The notes below the pieces were generated by a model, which saw only the letters and a list, made by a program, of their open reading frames with translations, was not told the DNA's origin and did not search any database. Of a DNA stretch of 64,000 nt, positions 63,972 to 64,000 are shown piece after piece. This stretch comes from Amphiscolops sp. MND2022. Its lineage: Eukaryota. The stretch's first letter is position 1. The number at the start of each line of letters is the position of its first letter. Where the stretch lies: assembly GCA_964187785.1 (NCBI GenBank), contig OZ076409.1, positions 65,040,001-65,104,000 of the forward strand. The letters run 5' to 3'. The position numbers were made by a program, and so were the translations under genes.

Positions 63972-64000
63972 TCTCTAGTTGTCAGTAACAATCCACGTGC

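Overview
AT-rich, repeat-dense genomic DNA from an animal, most likely an invertebrate (not prokaryotic; no CRISPR or rRNA). Three intron-containing host genes lie in tandem on the + strand: TXNL4A/Dim1 (2 coding exons, 142 aa), LIN7 (3 exons, about 216 aa) and a divergent G-protein beta subunit (7 predicted exons, about 396 aa). Nearly everything else recognisable is mobile DNA. This includes a decayed APE-RT LINE split by a 3.85-kb foldback/Mutator-like element carrying a 38-bp higher-order satellite, and several hAT-like MITEs with 8-bp TSDs. It also includes two CCCAGG-ended elements, a young truncated Ty3/Gypsy with its LTR and PBS, an old Gypsy relic, and many copies of a DINE-1/Helentron-like family. 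The main observation is that two G-beta introns need non-canonical GC-AG splicing, and both are bounded by hAT-like terminal inverted repeats, with the splice sites supplied by the TIR or target-site duplication. They look like introns created by DNA transposons (introner-like). Also notable are a Penelope-type minimal hammerhead motif, a four-level self-nesting stack of Helentron-like elements, tRNA-like cassettes inside that family, and a 148-bp intronic palindrome. Everything was read by eye; no searches were run.
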